Origin: Carcharhinus longimanus
Lineage: Eukaryota
Direction: 5' to 3'
Assembly: GCA_030264375.1 (NCBI GenBank)
Contig: JASCQW010000043.1
Coordinates: 66,284,634 to 66,348,633 of the forward strand
Length of the DNA: 64,000 nucleotides
Shown here: positions 24,021 through 37,560 of the stretch, piece by piece
Numbering within the stretch: position 1 is the stretch's first letter
Layout of the letters: the number at the start of each line of letters is the position of its first letter
Program-made: the position numbers and the translations under genes
Notes under the pieces: generated by a model
Seen by the model: only the letters and a program-made list of their open reading frames with translations
What the model was told of the DNA's origin: nothing
Databases searched by the model: none

Positions 24021-27010
24021 TCTTTGGAATTTAAGGCCAGAAAAGATAATCAGTGGGGCAGGGGAATTCTGGGGGAAATGTGTTACTTAGCTCAAGGGAG
24101 ACAAAGCCAGAAGGCTTCTCTTTGCTTGTTTAAGTCTCAGTCCACTGCTTTGTCGCTTTGTGAGAGGATGGGACAGGGTGGGGGCAGGGGGGGCGGGAGT
24201 GGTTCAGTCTGGTGTCCTGAGTTGCAGAGTCATACCACTCATCAGTGTGGAATTTGTCCAAAAGCTGACTGTTTCACAGTAGGGAGGGAAAGGAAGAACC
24301 CAGTGTTTACTCAATGGTGATGGTAGTGGAGGGGGAAAGAGGGGGTGGTGAGGCAGGTGGGGGGTGTGGGAGAGGATGATGGCAAATGTTTTTCAGCATT
24401 TAAAGTTGGGGGGGAGTAAAGTTCTTTTCTCAGCAACATCTGTTGCAAGCTATTTGTTTGTGGGATTGAATCTGCATGTTCCATTCAATATTCCAGTCCT
24501 TCCAATTCTCGGGCTACGGAAAAATTAAAAATTCAGCAGCAATTGCCAAGTTTTCCTTTGTTGTAATTCTACCTAAATGTTTTTTATTCCAGAATTTTCT
24601 CTATTGCAGGGTGAATACATTGCACTCACTTACCCCCAGACTAATGTGACTGGGTCACTTAGGGAAGGGCTTTCCAACTCACAGCTTGTGATGAATATAT
24701 CCTTTGTAATTTTTTTTCACTTGTGGAATGTGTTGGCCTAGACCATTCCTGGATGCTACACTCAAGATGTTTTTCAGATGAAATTATTTGGGATAACTAA
24801 TAGGCTACAGTAAGGCTGTTGTGTAAGGTTAAGAAGATGTGTCATATAATGTTCGACTCATGGCACCACTTTAGTAGATGGTGTTCAGTTTGTAAATTTC
24901 TGGTGGTTTATACAGCTGACATGCTTTTTTTTTAACATCCCTAGATTCTGAAAGCAACAATGCAGAGTCCAAATATAGCGAAAGCATTCCTAACTAATCT
25001 TACATGTAATACATTAGGGGTTTCAACTGATGTCAAGATCAATAAATTGCTGCTTAAGCACAAAATACTGAACACTGTATATGTTAAAGGTGGAAATCCT
25101 TACAACTAGACAGAATTGGCAAGAGAGTTCAAGAGTAAATTTCAGACTGATGTCCCTCATCACGATATTGAAATATTTAAACTAAATGATAAGGGCTTCT
25201 ACTTACCTGATTTGAGTGTGATAGAGGCATAATTATTCATTAACCTTCGTATGTAAAAAAAATGCACAATATTTTTCTGTGCTGAACTGTCAAACACAAC
25301 TGGAGTATAAAACACTTGTTCAGTTATTAACCTTGTTACCTTGGCACAAATGGTCATTGTTACAATTATTAGGTTTATAAGATTATTATGTTTTGGGACT
25401 GCGTCTTTTAAAATTAATGGGGTCGTGTGACCTGTTCTGAAGTCTGCCTGACAACAGGTCTGGTTTTGGTTGTCAAAGATTAAAGGAAGGCCCTGATCGT
25501 TTTATTGGGAAGAAGGTGTGAGATATTCACACTTGCAGATAATGCCAAAGGCAGCTGTGCAGCTGCAAGTCCCAGGGAAGTGTTAAAATGTCAGGTTGCA
25601 AAGAGGCGCACTTTGAACTGTCCATTTTCTTCCATGACAGGATAGAGTTGGAGGCTCAAGGATAACTAATTGGCATCAGTACCTGGATATGAAGCCCATT
25701 TGATTCACATCACCATGGCCATGAGTTTTGAATGAGAAGGTTACAGAGGAACCACTGTGATATCAATTATGGGCTTTCCTAAAATATCACTGTATAAATT
25801 GGCCAGGGTCCGAGAAAGAGAGTGGGAGCAGATGCCAGTCAAAAGTTGCCATAGATCAGCACATCAGAAAGGGGTGAAAACCCTTGCATGGATTGAAAAG
25901 AAAAATTCAACAGCAATTAAATCAAGACTGGAAGATTTGTCCAGATTGTGCTTGAGGGAGGATCTCCAATAACACTCTCACCATGAAAGAAGTTTTGAGG
26001 TTAGAAATTACCCAGATGAGAAAACAACAGATATTCTTTGAAGAAGTCACATGTGCTGTGGTTAAAGGGGAACCGGTGGATGTGCTGTACTTAGACTTCC
26101 AGAGGGTCATTGATAACAAAGAACAATACAGCACAGGAAACAGGCCCTTTGGCCCTCTAAGCCTGCGCCGCTCATTGGTCCAACTAGACCATTTGTTTGT
26201 ATCCCTCCATTCCCAGTCTGCTCATGTGACTATCCAGATAAGTCTTAAANNNNNNNNNNNNNNNNNNNNNNNNNNNNNNNNNNNNNNNNNNNNNNNNNNN
26301 NNNNNNNNNNNNNNNNNNNNNNNNNNNNNNNNNNNNNNNNNNNNNNNNNNNNNNNNNNNNNNNNNNNNNNNNNNNNNNNNNNNNNNNNNNNNNNNNNNNN
26401 NNNNNNNNNNNNNNNNNNNNNNNNNNNNNNNNNNNNNNNNNNNNNNNNNNNNNNNNNNNNNNNNNNNNNNNNNNNNNNNNNNNNNNNNNNNNNNNNNNNN
26501 NNNNNNNNNNNNNNNNNNNNNNNNNNNNNNNNNNNNNNNNNNNNNNNNNNNNNNNNNNNNNNNNNNNNNNNNNNNNNNNNNNNNNNNNNNNNNNNNNNNN
26601 NNNNNNNNNNNNNNNNNNNNNNNNNNNNNNNNNNNNNNNNNNNNNNNNNNNNNNNNNNNNNNNNNNNNNNNNNNNNNNNNNNNNNNNNNNNNNNNNNNNN
26701 NNNNNNNNNNNNNNNNNNNNNNNNNNNNNNNNNNNNNNNNNNNNNNNNNNNNNNNNNNNNNNNNNNNNNNNNNNNNNNNNNNNNNNNNNNNNNCTTGCTA
26801 TCCTTTTTTATATTAAGCGCTAGCCCAGCTTCATAGTTTCTCCTACCCTTCTTTATCAACTTCTTTGTCATTCTTTATTGACATTTAAACCTCTCCCAAT
26901 CCTCTTCTCGCCCACTACTCTTCTGATCGGCAGATGTTTTTCTGATCGGCAGATGTGATGGGTAGTTTTCCACAGGGATCGGTGCTGGGACCTCAACTTT
27001 TTGCAGTTCA

Positions 27011-27220
27011 TGGGTGAGATTCTCCGACCTCCAAGCTGTGTGTTTCCTGATGGTGGAAGGCAGTGGGCTGTTCGCTAGTGGCAGGATTCTCTGGTCCCAT
27101 TGCTGTCAATGGGATTTTCCATTTATGTCATCCCACGCTGCCTCAAAACCAATGGGCGGAGATGCGCTTCTGGTGGGATAAGATAATTCCGCTGACATGA
27201 ACGGCCGGAGAATTCTAGTC
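27011..27220. mobile_element. ~210-bp MITE inserted into CR1 RT
   Basis: Imperfect TIRs gggtgagattctccg / cggagaattctagtc. It splits the CR1 motif GPQLFAV|YMNDL. A related inverted partial copy lies at 32800-32945. Confidence 0.65.
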
Positions 27221-27448
27221 TATATGAATGACTTGGATAAAACGTCTGAAGGTATGGTTTCTAAATTCACTGACAATACAAAGGAAGGTAGAAATTAAAT
27301 TGTAAAGGCAACATAAGGATGCTACAAAGGGACATAGATTGGTTCCATGAGTGGGCAAAAATCTGGCAAAAGCAGTATAATGCCAGCAAATATAAAGTGT
27401 TCCATTTTGGCAGGAAAAATAAAATAGAAACTTGTCATTTAACATGGC

Positions 27449-27745
27449 CGTATGGTGGCACAGTGGTTAGCACTGCTGCCTTACAGTGCCAGGGACCAAG
27501 GTTTGACTCCTGACTTGGGTCACCATCTGTATGGAGTCTGCATGTTCTCCTCATGTCTGCATGGGTTTCCTCTGGGTGCTCCAGTTTCCCTGTACATTTC
27601 GAAAGATGTGCTGGTTAGGTGCATTGGTCAGGCAAAATTCTCCCACAGTGTATCCCAACAGGTTCCGGATTGTGCCAACTAGGGGATTTTCACAGTAACT
27701 TCATTGCAGTGTTAATATAAGCCTACTGGTGACACTAATAAATAA
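27449..27745 (+). mobile_element. HE1-type SINE with alternative tail, nested in CR1
   Basis: Head, V-domain and tail ggggattttcacagtaacttcattgcagtgttaa. It interrupts CR1 RT sequence. Confidence 0.85.
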
Positions 27746-28925
27746 AAAAATTACAAAAAAAACAAATGACAGAGATTGCAGCATTCTAAGGAGCAGAGGG
27801 ATCTGGGTGTCCCAGTGTACGAATAACATAAGATACAGGAATTGATTAGGAAAGCTAAAAGATTATTGTCTATTTTGAGAAGAATTGATTACAAAAGTAA
27901 GGAGGTTATGCTTCTGTTGTACAAGGCATTGGTGGGAGTACATCTGGAGTATTGTGTACATAGAATCCCTACAATGCAAAAGGAGGCCATTCTGCCCATT
28001 GGGTCTCTACTGATTCTCTGACAGAGAATCTTTACCATGTCCTCTCCCTTTCCTATCCCCAGTAACCCCACTCATATCCCATTTAATCCATCTACCCTGC
28101 ACATCTTAGTCTCCTATAAATATATAGAAAGGAAGGGAGAGGTCAAAGTGAACATAGGCCCAATGGAAAATGAATCTGGGGAGATAGATATGGGAAACAA
28201 GGAAATGGCAGAGGAGTTAAAGAGACATTTTGCATCTGTCTATGTGGTGGAAAACACTTTGAATGTCCCATTAATACTAAAGAATAAGGGAGAAGAATTA
28301 AGTATCATTGTCATCACAAGAGAAGTAGTGTTAGACAAACTAATGGGGCTAAAGACAGATATGTCCTTTGGCCTTGATGCGTTGCATCCTAGGATACTAA
28401 AATAAATAGCTACAGAGGTGGTGGATGCATTTGTTTAAGTATCAGAAGATTGGAAAACTTCCAACACGACGCACTATTCAAACATAAGAACATAAGAAAT
28501 AGGAGCAGGAGTAGGCCATCTAGCCCTTCAAGCCTGCCGCGCCATTCAATAAGATCATGGCTGATCTGAAGTGGATCAGTTCCACTTTCTCGCTTTCTCC
28601 CCATAACCCTTAATTCNNNNNNNNNNNNNNNNNNNNNNNNNNNNNNNNNNNNNNNNNNNNNNNNNNNNNNNNNNNNNNNNNNNNNNNNNNNNNNNNNNNN
28701 NNNNNNNNNNNNNNNNGTTGCCTCATGCTTGAGAAAGTACCACTCTATACTTAAAAAGGTCACTCCCCAGTTTTGTTTCCCCAGTTGGAGGTTTGCCGCG
28801 AAGATGCAGATAGTGGAAATTCCGATGCAGGCTGTGCATGTTTTTCCAGTCTGCCTGCGGTCCTGAGTTTATTACTAGGGTGTTGTTCTCTTCAGAGAAA
28901 GGAACGGGCAGAGGAGATTCTGTCT

Positions 28926-29272
28926 GGGCAGCATGGTGGCACAATGGTTAGCACCATTGCCTCACAGCGTCAGGGAGTCGGGTTCTATTCCTGGCTTGAG
29001 TCACCTCCTGTGTGAAGTTTGTGTGTTCTATCCATGTCTGTGTGGGTTTCTTCTGGGTGCTCCAGTTTCCTCTCACAGTCCAAAGATGTGTGGGTTAGCT
29101 ACATTGGCCTTGCCAAAATGCCCTTTAGTATCCCAGGATTTGTAGGTTAGATCGATTAGCGGGGTAAATATGTGTGGTTACGGAGATAGGGCTGGGGTAG
29201 GATTGTTGATGGCGCAGACTTGAAGGGCCATACGGCCTCACTGTCCTGTAAGGAATCCACAATGCTATGATT
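28926..29272 (+). mobile_element. HE1-type SINE, CR1-like tail
   Basis: gggcagcatggtggcacaatggttagcacc... head and V-domain. Confidence 0.85.
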
Positions 29273-30459
29273 CAAAGGAGGTGTTAAAAATCATGAGGAA
29301 ATTAGACTTAAACTATTCCAATTGGTGAAGTGTCAAGGTTCAGAGGACAATGATTGAAGGTGATTGGTAAACAAAGCATCAATGACATGAAGTAAACTTT
29401 ATGAAGTAGTGAGGTATTAGGATCTAAAATGCGCTGCCTGAGGGAGTGATGGAGGGAGATTCAATCATATCTTTCAAACGGGAAATTTGATAAGCACCTG
29501 AAAAATAAAAGGTCGGGGGTTACAGAGAAAGGGCCAAGGAATGGAACTAGCTCAGTTGCTGTTGCAGAGGACTGCACTGATACAATAGACGAAAAGACCG
29601 TGTGTGTGTGCTGTAAACATTCTATAACTCTAAGCCTCGAACTCTACACCTGTCCTTGAGCTAATTGGAGATATGAAGTAACCAATTAGTGGCCACAAAG
29701 GATTTTCTCCTGCTGCTGCCATTTTACTCACAGCAGGGGAGGTCCACACATTGTGGTGAGGCAAGGGTATACCGCTGGCCTGGATGCAAGCTGGCTGGAT
29801 GGGTGAGGCAGATTGGAAAAACATGCACAGCCTGCAGCAGAATTTCCACCATCTGCAGCTTCATGGCAAACCTCCAGTTCCAACTGGGGAAACAAAGCTG
29901 GGGAGTGATCTTTTTAAGTAAAGAAGTGGTACTTTTTCAAGGCAATTAGGAGATGGGAGAGCCAGTCAGATGGTGGAGGAACGTGTAGCCATAAAAACCC
30001 AATGAGATCAGTTCTGTCTGGGCACACTTGCCACACAGAGACCGTCACTTCCCCACAGCAGAATAGACCTTGAACCCCCACTCCAGGCCTCCTAATCAAT
30101 GTCCCCATGCACCCTCCTCCCCTCCAACCAAAGCATACTTGATTGACCTGACAATGGAGCACCACTTACTTTGAACTCCATCCTCCATTGCTGCTTCTGC
30201 TCAGGGCAGCAGTCTCAGCTGTGGTCATTGCTCTCAGGGCATTGCAGTAGGTTGCTCTCGAGGGCAGGGCATTCCTCGTCATGGGATGGAAACCAGTTCC
30301 CATGGAATGGACTTCCTGAGACAAGCACAATTGTGTTGCAGCCTCCTGGCCTGATACAGGCAGCCTCCCCACTGATTTTCCAGTCATTGGGCAGGGTCGA
30401 GATAAAATTCAGCCCCATGATTGGAAGGAAAATAACTCTAGCTTCTCTATCCAGTAGTG

Positions 30460-30780
30460 CATCCTCTGTGACATAGTGCTATTGTCATTCAACTAATAAT
30501 CCAGAGACCCAGGGTAATCTTTGGGGACCTGGGTTCAAATCCCACCATGGCAGATGGTGAAATTTGATTTCAAATTTTAAAAAAATCTGCAATTAAAAAT
30601 CTGATGCCAACTTTTGCTGATTGTTGTAAAACCCTATCTGGTTGACTAATGTCCTTTCGGGAAGGAAACCTGCAACCCTTACCTTTCTCCAAATTCACAG
30701 CAATGTGGTTAACTCTCAAATGCCACTCAGTTCAGGGGCAATAAATGTTGGCTACATCGCATGAATGAATAATAAAAAAC
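30460..30780 (+). mobile_element. Second tRNA-derived SINE family
   Basis: Box B gggttcaaatccc, core gactaatgtcctttcgggaaggaaacctgc and tail gggcaataaatg..atgaatgaataa, which resembles the LINE 3' end at 58700-58760. Confidence 0.6.
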
Positions 30781-31195
30781 TGTTATATATCTACATGAGA
30801 CTTTTGGGTCCTTTTCTCTATTCATACTCTCTCCTGGCCTCTTTTATTGCGTTTTTCACTTTCTATATTCAACTTGGTTCCCACTTGGATTATGAATCTG
30901 ACATCCATAGTGTGCAAAACTTTTCCTACTTCACCTTTCATTGTCTTTCTTTCATTATCCAATCAGCTCTGCTTTTGTTTGCCTTTACCTTTCCTCCTCA
31001 TGGGAGTGTGCCATGACTTCTTTTTAATTTATTCATGTGGATATGGGAGTCACTTGCTTGATCTATTGTTAACCACTGTATCCAAACAACCTGCTCTTTA
31101 AAGATACTAATGTGAGGCCACAGCAAAGAGGAAATTTCTACAAGCAGATTAGGTGGATAGCTTTTCCTCTGCTATTCAAGCTTAAGCTTAAATTG

Positions 31196-31756
31196 AAGTT
31201 TATTCATTAGTGTCACAAGTAGGCTTACATTCACACCGCAACAAAGTTACTGTGAAAATCCCCCTAGTTGCCTGTTCGGGTACACCGAGGGAGAATTTAG
31301 CATGACCAATGCATCTAATAAGCATGTCTTTCAGACTGTGGGAGGAAACAGTCCTGCGTTCCTGGAAGGAAATCACATCGACAGTGGGAGAACGTGTGGA
31401 CTCCGCACAGACGGTGACCCAAGCTGGGAATCGAACCCGGGTCCCTGGCGCTGTCATCTATATATATGATTTTCACGAAATCCCTACAGTTCAGAAGGCC
31501 ATTCATCCCATTGAGTCTGCACTGACAATAATCCCACCCAGGCTCAATCCTGTAACGCTACACAACCCTGTAATCCCCCTGACACGAAGGGAAAATTTAA
31601 CACCCAACCTGCACATCGTTCGGACTGTGGGAAGAAATTGGAATACCCAGAGAAAACCCACACAGATATGGAGAGAATGTGCAAACTCCACACAGGCAGT
31701 TACATGAGGCCGGATTTGAACCCGGGTTCCTGCCACTGTGCCACCATGCCACCCAA
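31196..31756 (-). mobile_element. Two tandem HE1-type SINEs (31196-31456 alternative tail; 31476-31756 CR1-like tail)
   Basis: Two separate reverse-strand head and V-domain units with different tails. Confidence 0.85.
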
Positions 31757-32407
31757 TGATTTATGTATGATTTTATAGTGTCCAATTGCTTTAGTCTCTT
31801 GTTACCATCAGCACACGCTCCATGACAAGAGGTTTGTTACGTGAGTATAATTGATCGCTAATTGCTATTGAGTATTTAAAATAGACTTGGCCCAGATTCC
31901 GCCCAGTATAGATTAAATGCTAATGAGCAACAGAGTAAAATAAACTTTGCACATATGCAAGCGTCTAGAACATGGACAGGCTAACAGTGGGAAATTCACA
32001 TTAAACCTAACTGTGGAAGTGGTGAGATTAAATGACTGTGACATCAAAGTGGCGTGGTGAAGGACCCCAACCTCCCCTATAAAAGATTCAAACCAGCTGT
32101 AGAGCAAAATAACACAAGAGTGGATCAAATCGAATGGCTTGGTAATGCACCATCATGATCTGAGAAAAACATGATATTGGTTTTAATTTGTGAGCATGCG
32201 TAAACAATGTAACAAGAGCTGGCTGGATGGAATATAATTTCTGCAGCTGCTTTGTGTCAACAATGTGGAAGGCCAAACAGATGGTTTGAATTGACATCAG
32301 TGCAATTCATGTTGGTCCTTTTAAATGAGGGTACCGCCACCACCAAAGAACTGAAGGGGGTGGTGGCACGCAGCAGCACAGAGACACAAAGGAAAAGGAG
32401 AGAACCA

Positions 32408-32682
32408 GAGAATTATACAATGCAGAAGGAGACCATACAGCCCTTCGAGTCTACACCAACCACAATCCCACCCAGGTCCTATTCTCCATAACCTCATGCA
32501 TTTAACCTATCTATTCCCCATGACACTAAGGGGCAATTTAGCACGACCAATCCACCTAACTCTTTGGGCTGCGGGAGGAAACCCACACAGACACGGGGAG
32601 AATGTGCAGACTCAGCACAGACAGTGACCCAAGCCTGGAATCGAACTTGGTGCACTGGCACTATGAGGCAGCAATACCACTC
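32408..32682 (-). mobile_element. HE1-type SINE
   Basis: Reverse-strand V-domain gacacggggagaatgtgcagactc..cagacagtgacccaagcc. Confidence 0.85.
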
Positions 32683-33037
32683 AGTAAAATGCTAAACAAA
32701 GTAAAATGAGCTGTTAGGGATATAGTCCACTCTAGTGAAAGTTGCAACAACACAGTGTTGGTAAAATACAATGGACCCGTTGGCAATTAAAAATTGAAAC
32801 ATCTTGGCTGTTCGCGTCAGCGGGATTCTCCAGTCCTGCTGGCGGTACACCCTGCCCGCAGGTTTCCCGTTGGTGTGAGGCAATATGAGTGGGAATTCCC
32901 ATTGACAGTGGCAGAACCAGAGAATCCCAAGGCAGGAAGTGGCCAGTCTGACTTGTCAGCTTGGATACGGAATGTCTCACTTGTTGAGGCTTTGAATTGG
33001 ACTATGATTGGACTAAATTGGATAGAAACAAAATCTG

Positions 33038-33350
33038 TGGGTGGTACAGTGGTTAACACATGCTGCCTCATGGCACCAGGACCCGGGTTCGATTCCCGGC
33101 TTGGGTCACTGTCTATGTGGTGTTTGCACATTCTCCTCGTGTCTGCGTGGGTTTCCTCCGGGTGCTCCAGTTTCCTCCCACAGTGTGGGTCATGTGGATT
33201 GGTCATACTAAATTGCCCCTTAGTGTCAGGGGGACTAGCTAAGGTAAATGCATGGGGTTATGGGGATAGGGCCTGGGTGAGATTGTGGTCAGTGCAGACT
33301 CGATGGGCCAAATGGCCTCCTTCTGCACTGTAGGATTCTATCATTCTATA
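33038..33350 (+). mobile_element. HE1-type SINE, low divergence
   Basis: Retains CpGs (gacccgggttcgattcccggcttgggtcactgtc) and has the CR1-like tail. Confidence 0.9.
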
Positions 33351-33354
33351 GAGG

Positions 33355-33495
33355 TCTGACAGCATTGGTGGAGCGAGAGAACAGAGCTAACATTTCAAGT
33401 CTGGGTGGCTCTAGTCAGAGCTGACTCTTAGTCATCCAGACGTGAAACATTAATTCTAATCTCTTTCCATAGATACTGTCAGAGCTGCTGAACTG
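33355..33495. repeat. Palindromic Penelope-end-like repeat
   Basis: cagcattggtggagcgagagaacagagctaacatttca ... tgaaacattaattctaatctctttccatagatactg forms an imperfect inverted repeat. A related half lies at 45360-45485. Confidence 0.45.
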
Positions 33496-34264
33496 ACTGT
33501 TGAGTTTCCCCATGTTTCAAGAGTGATGATATTTCAGTGATGCACTATCTGTGTCATTCTATATAAATTAGAATTCAGATCACAGATGTAATACACTTAA
33601 GGGGAAGCATTCATGAGGTAGAAGGGAGTAGAGGGATTTGGGTGCAGAGTGGGAACAAGCAATTAGACAGGAAGGAGATTAATTCACAAGCACTGCGACA
33701 GTCCAGGTGGGCTGAATGGCCTACGTCTGCACTGTAGATGCTGGTTAACTACATCCTTTGGGATTAGTAGCTGCATTGTCACCTGAAAATGTTAATGATA
33801 CTCTTCGACTATTGACACCATTAGTGGGTTTGGCCAGGCCTACAACGAAAGAAAAGGGTGCAGTCTTCAACATCTGTCTTGAAGCAGGACTTGCAAGATA
33901 CTTGGACAAATTTTCCCGTCCCACTCACCATGGGAATTGGAGCAGGTGAGGGGCAGACTATGGAAGTATCCATTGATGTCGGGTGGGATTTTCCGGTTTC
34001 GGGACAAGAACAGCTGAAAAATCCCATCCACCATGTATGTGACATAGAGCTGTGTGCCTATGCGGGTGTGAGCAAGATGGGGAAGGTGATAGAAGATGTG
34101 GATGGCTCCAAATTTGACTTTCAGGACGGTTGCCTGCAGTTTACTATCTGCCTGGCCCCTCCATTTTACATCTAAAGATATCGATGATGTACAGGGGTGT
34201 GTTGCGACTGGTGTTTTGGCAGAAAACCAATATTGGGCAGGATGAACGTTAGGTCATTGCCTCT

Positions 34265-34534
34265 CATAGAAACCCTACAGTGCAGAAGGAGGCCATTCAG
34301 CCCATCGAGTCTGCACTGGCAACAATCTCACCAAGGCCTTATCCCCATAACTCCACATATTTACCCTGCTAATCCCTCTAACCTAGGCATCCTGGGAAAT
34401 GAAGGGGCAATTTAGCATGGCCAATGTACCTAACCTGCACATCTTTGGACTGTGGGAGGAAACAGGAGCATCCAGAGGAAACTCACACAGACACAGGGAG
34501 AACATGCAAACTCCACACAAACAGTGACCCAAGG
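34265..34534 (-). mobile_element. HE1-type SINE, 5'-truncated
   Basis: Tail and V-domain on the reverse strand; the tRNA head is missing. Confidence 0.85.
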
Positions 34535-36619
34535 CTCTCGTGTCTGATTTTGCCTGGAAGTATACTGACTGGCAAAGTTGAAGCTGATGGCTTTTAGATG
34601 TGCAGCGTGCCAGCCTGAAAAAGGCATTTGCCACTCTTCGGGTGCACATTAGGGTAACCGAACAGTAGCTGTAGCCTCCCAATTGAAATTAGTCGGCAAA
34701 TAAGCTGCGTCTGTGGTGTTCAAATGCTGCATATGCATTGTCCAGATATTCCAGGACTGCTAAACCTGGCTCCACAAAAATGCTGCAGGCTGTTGCCAGG
34801 GGCAATTTGATGAGCTGTATCTGAATGCCCGATTGGCATCAATAGGTTTCCGAGTTAATTCAAGTAATGTCTGGTGCTGAATTGTCCTCAATACTTTCAC
34901 GGACAGCTGGGGGCACGCCTCAAGAGGGTGCTGTCCATTTTGCGTCACAAACGGCAAATGGACACGTTATTCTGAAAACACAGCACTATTGATCGTCCCC
35001 TTGTAATATTTGACATCTTGCTGTTCAATTAGTCTTGACATGTTGTGGGCTGCATAGGAACATAGAGAAGCATGTGTTCACTGCCTTATCCAACAGAAGT
35101 TCTCTGAAACAATGCAGCACCTCCTAAGTACTCCATGTGAAAGCAGGATAAATGATGTCAAAAACCCTGTGGGTCTTGAACCACAGCCTTCTGACTGAGA
35201 GCACTATCACTGAGCCAAGCTGCCAATTAAAACAAATGGAGATCAGTGAATAAAACACCGATAGAAAAGTGTTATAATTCTTAGATGGCAGGCTGCCTCA
35301 AACTGACTGCCTCAAGAAGAAATGTTCACTAACCCTTGGCCTGACCTGAGGACCTACCAAAACACTCCCAGAGGGTCCCATCCATGTTATTAGGCAGGAA
35401 CTTATGTGACAAGTATTGGAACATCCTGTACCTTCAATGCTACAATCTCAACAAGAGTTTTTTTAGATATCTAATTTACCATCCTGGCACACATGGACCA
35501 ACGGACTTAATAACATGAGTGATAATAAAATTGACTCACTTCATTTCTCAGCATTACATCTCCGGTTTTAAATCTGTCAGGGAAACTACAACACAAGTCA
35601 GTGATTCCAAACTCTATCTGGTGCACCAGTGTCTATCAGGATTCTTAAATGTCTTGCATCTGGTCCAGGTGTCTTCTCAGCACTTAATACTTTCAGTTTA
35701 TTCACTGCACATGCTTTCTGCATGTGTTTCAGATTTAAAAGTTTAGCTGAAGGAGAAATCCATTAATAGTCGTCTTAACCTATGTCAATGTAATGAATTA
35801 ATTTATTCATTCATTTCCTGATTTCTCCTGCAGTACTCTGATCTAACTTTATCCCTCAATAGGTTTACTCGGAGTTTAAAACAATAACCATTTCAAACAT
35901 GGATAGCAAAAAGATCCAGAGATCCCAGGGTAATGGGTCCTACATTTCAAACTTCATCTGATATTAAGCTTTGAAGCTTCCAATATCATCATCAGAGTTC
36001 AGAGGTAGGGAGGATATCAAACCCACTGATAACTGCCTGGGGATGGATTCTTCTAATCCTACGACTGTTAGTACCGAGAGAGACCTGAAATGGCAGGTTT
36101 CCAAGGAGTTATTTTTGGGCTGGAGCAAATGAAATTACCTCTTTTCAGTGAACAGACAGATTTTCTTTCTCAAATATAGCATTTGCGGCCAAAGTGCTTC
36201 TCTTATTGAAAATATTTCCATATAGATTCAGTTTCTCATCACTCATTTTAGTTTCTATGGCTAGCCTTCACTTAATCATTCCTAATACTTCATTTAACGT
36301 TTGAAGGTTTGTAGTTCCAAGATCTTGCACATGGCTTATTGCAGTCTTTATTTTAATTAAATTGAATTTATATAGTGAATGATAACTGGAACCTAGTATC
36401 AATCTCTCTTGAATTAGTAAGCATTTCTATTATCCCTGGCTCTTCACTTAAAATTCCTTAATCTCTTTATCACTTCCCTGAACACGCAGGTAACATATTC
36501 ATAGAACATAGAAAAACTACAGCACAAACAGGCCCTTCGGCCCACAAGTTGCGCCGAACATATCCCTACCTACTGGGCTTATCTATAACCCATAATATAA
36601 TTCATACTGAGGTGCTGGC

Positions 36620-37560
36620 ATTTTTTTTTTCAAACTTGTTTATGGGATGGGCAACCTTGCTTGTCCTTGAGAAGTTGAACCGGCACAGTCACCTGAGGTG
36701 TAGGAACACCCACAGTGCTGTTAGGAATGGGGTTTCAGGATTTTGACAGTGAAGGAACAGTGAAATATTTACAAGTCAGGATGGTGAGTGACTTGGAGGG
36801 GAACCTCCAGGTGGTGTAGTTCCCATGGATCTACTGCTCTTTTCCTTCTGGATGGTAGTGGTTGTGGCATTAGAAGGTGCTGCCAAAGGAACCTCGTGAG
36901 TTCCTGCAGTGCATCTTGTAGATGTTACATAGTGTTTCCCACAGTCAGTGGATAGAGTGAGGGTTTGTGGAAGGGGTACCAAACAAGCAGATTGTTTTTT
37001 TTTCTGGATGATGTCAAGCTTCTTAAGTGTTGTGAGTGTTCTACTCATCCAGGCAAGTGGAGAGTATTCCATTGCACCCTGACTTGTGCTTTATAGATGT
37101 TTGGGTTTGAAGAGTCAGGAGGTGAGTTATTCACCATCAAATTTCCAGCCTTTGATCTGCTGCTGTCGCCACAATAAGTATATGGCAGTTTCAGTTCAAT
37201 ATCTGGCCAATGATACCCCCAGGATGTTGATGGTACAGGATTCAGCAATGGAAATGCCATTCAATGTCAAAAGGAATTGGTTATATTCTTGATTGTCGCA
37301 AATGGCCATTGTCTGGTATGGGAGTGTATTTTTACTTGCCATGTATCAGCCCAAGCTTGAATGCTGTGCCGATCTTGTTGCAGGCAGGCAAGGATTGCTT
37401 GCGTATCTGAGGAGCCACAAACTCTGTGCAATCAGTGAACGTCCCCATTTCTGATCACATGGTGGAGGAAAAGCAAATGGTTAAGCAGCTGAAGATAGCT
37501 GGGCACTGCCCAGAGGAGCATCTGCAGTGATGTCCTGGGACTGAACTGATTGGAGAGTTT
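36620..37560 (-). mobile_element. CR1/L2-group LINE RT 3' fragment
   Basis: IYKAQVR..MEYSPLAWMS...TTLKKLDIIQ.K on the minus strand. A short CR1 tail precedes it at 36498-36600. Confidence 0.8.

Larger units (their letters stand above)
26000..29630. mobile_element. Nested CR1 cluster (plus-strand RT pieces interrupted by minus-strand CR1s, a MITE and SINEs)
   Basis: FFEEVT..V.KGEPVDVLYLDFQ (26035-26100); PQGSVLGPQLF (26972); LQRDID...WA..WQ..YN..K (27320); IGP.ENESGEI.MGNKEMAEEL..HFASV (28150). Minus-strand tails at 26115 and 28480. Confidence 0.85.

Noticed and set aside
24170-24420. G-rich tracts with G-quadruplex potential (also 42930-43350)
   Set aside because: They lie within low-complexity interiors of degenerate repeats, with no evidence of function.
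32794-33333. 179-aa ORF and similar recurring SINE ORFs (VAQWLALLPH..., PGFDSRLGSLS...)
   Set aside because: Incidental translations of HE1 SINE and MITE sequence, not genes.
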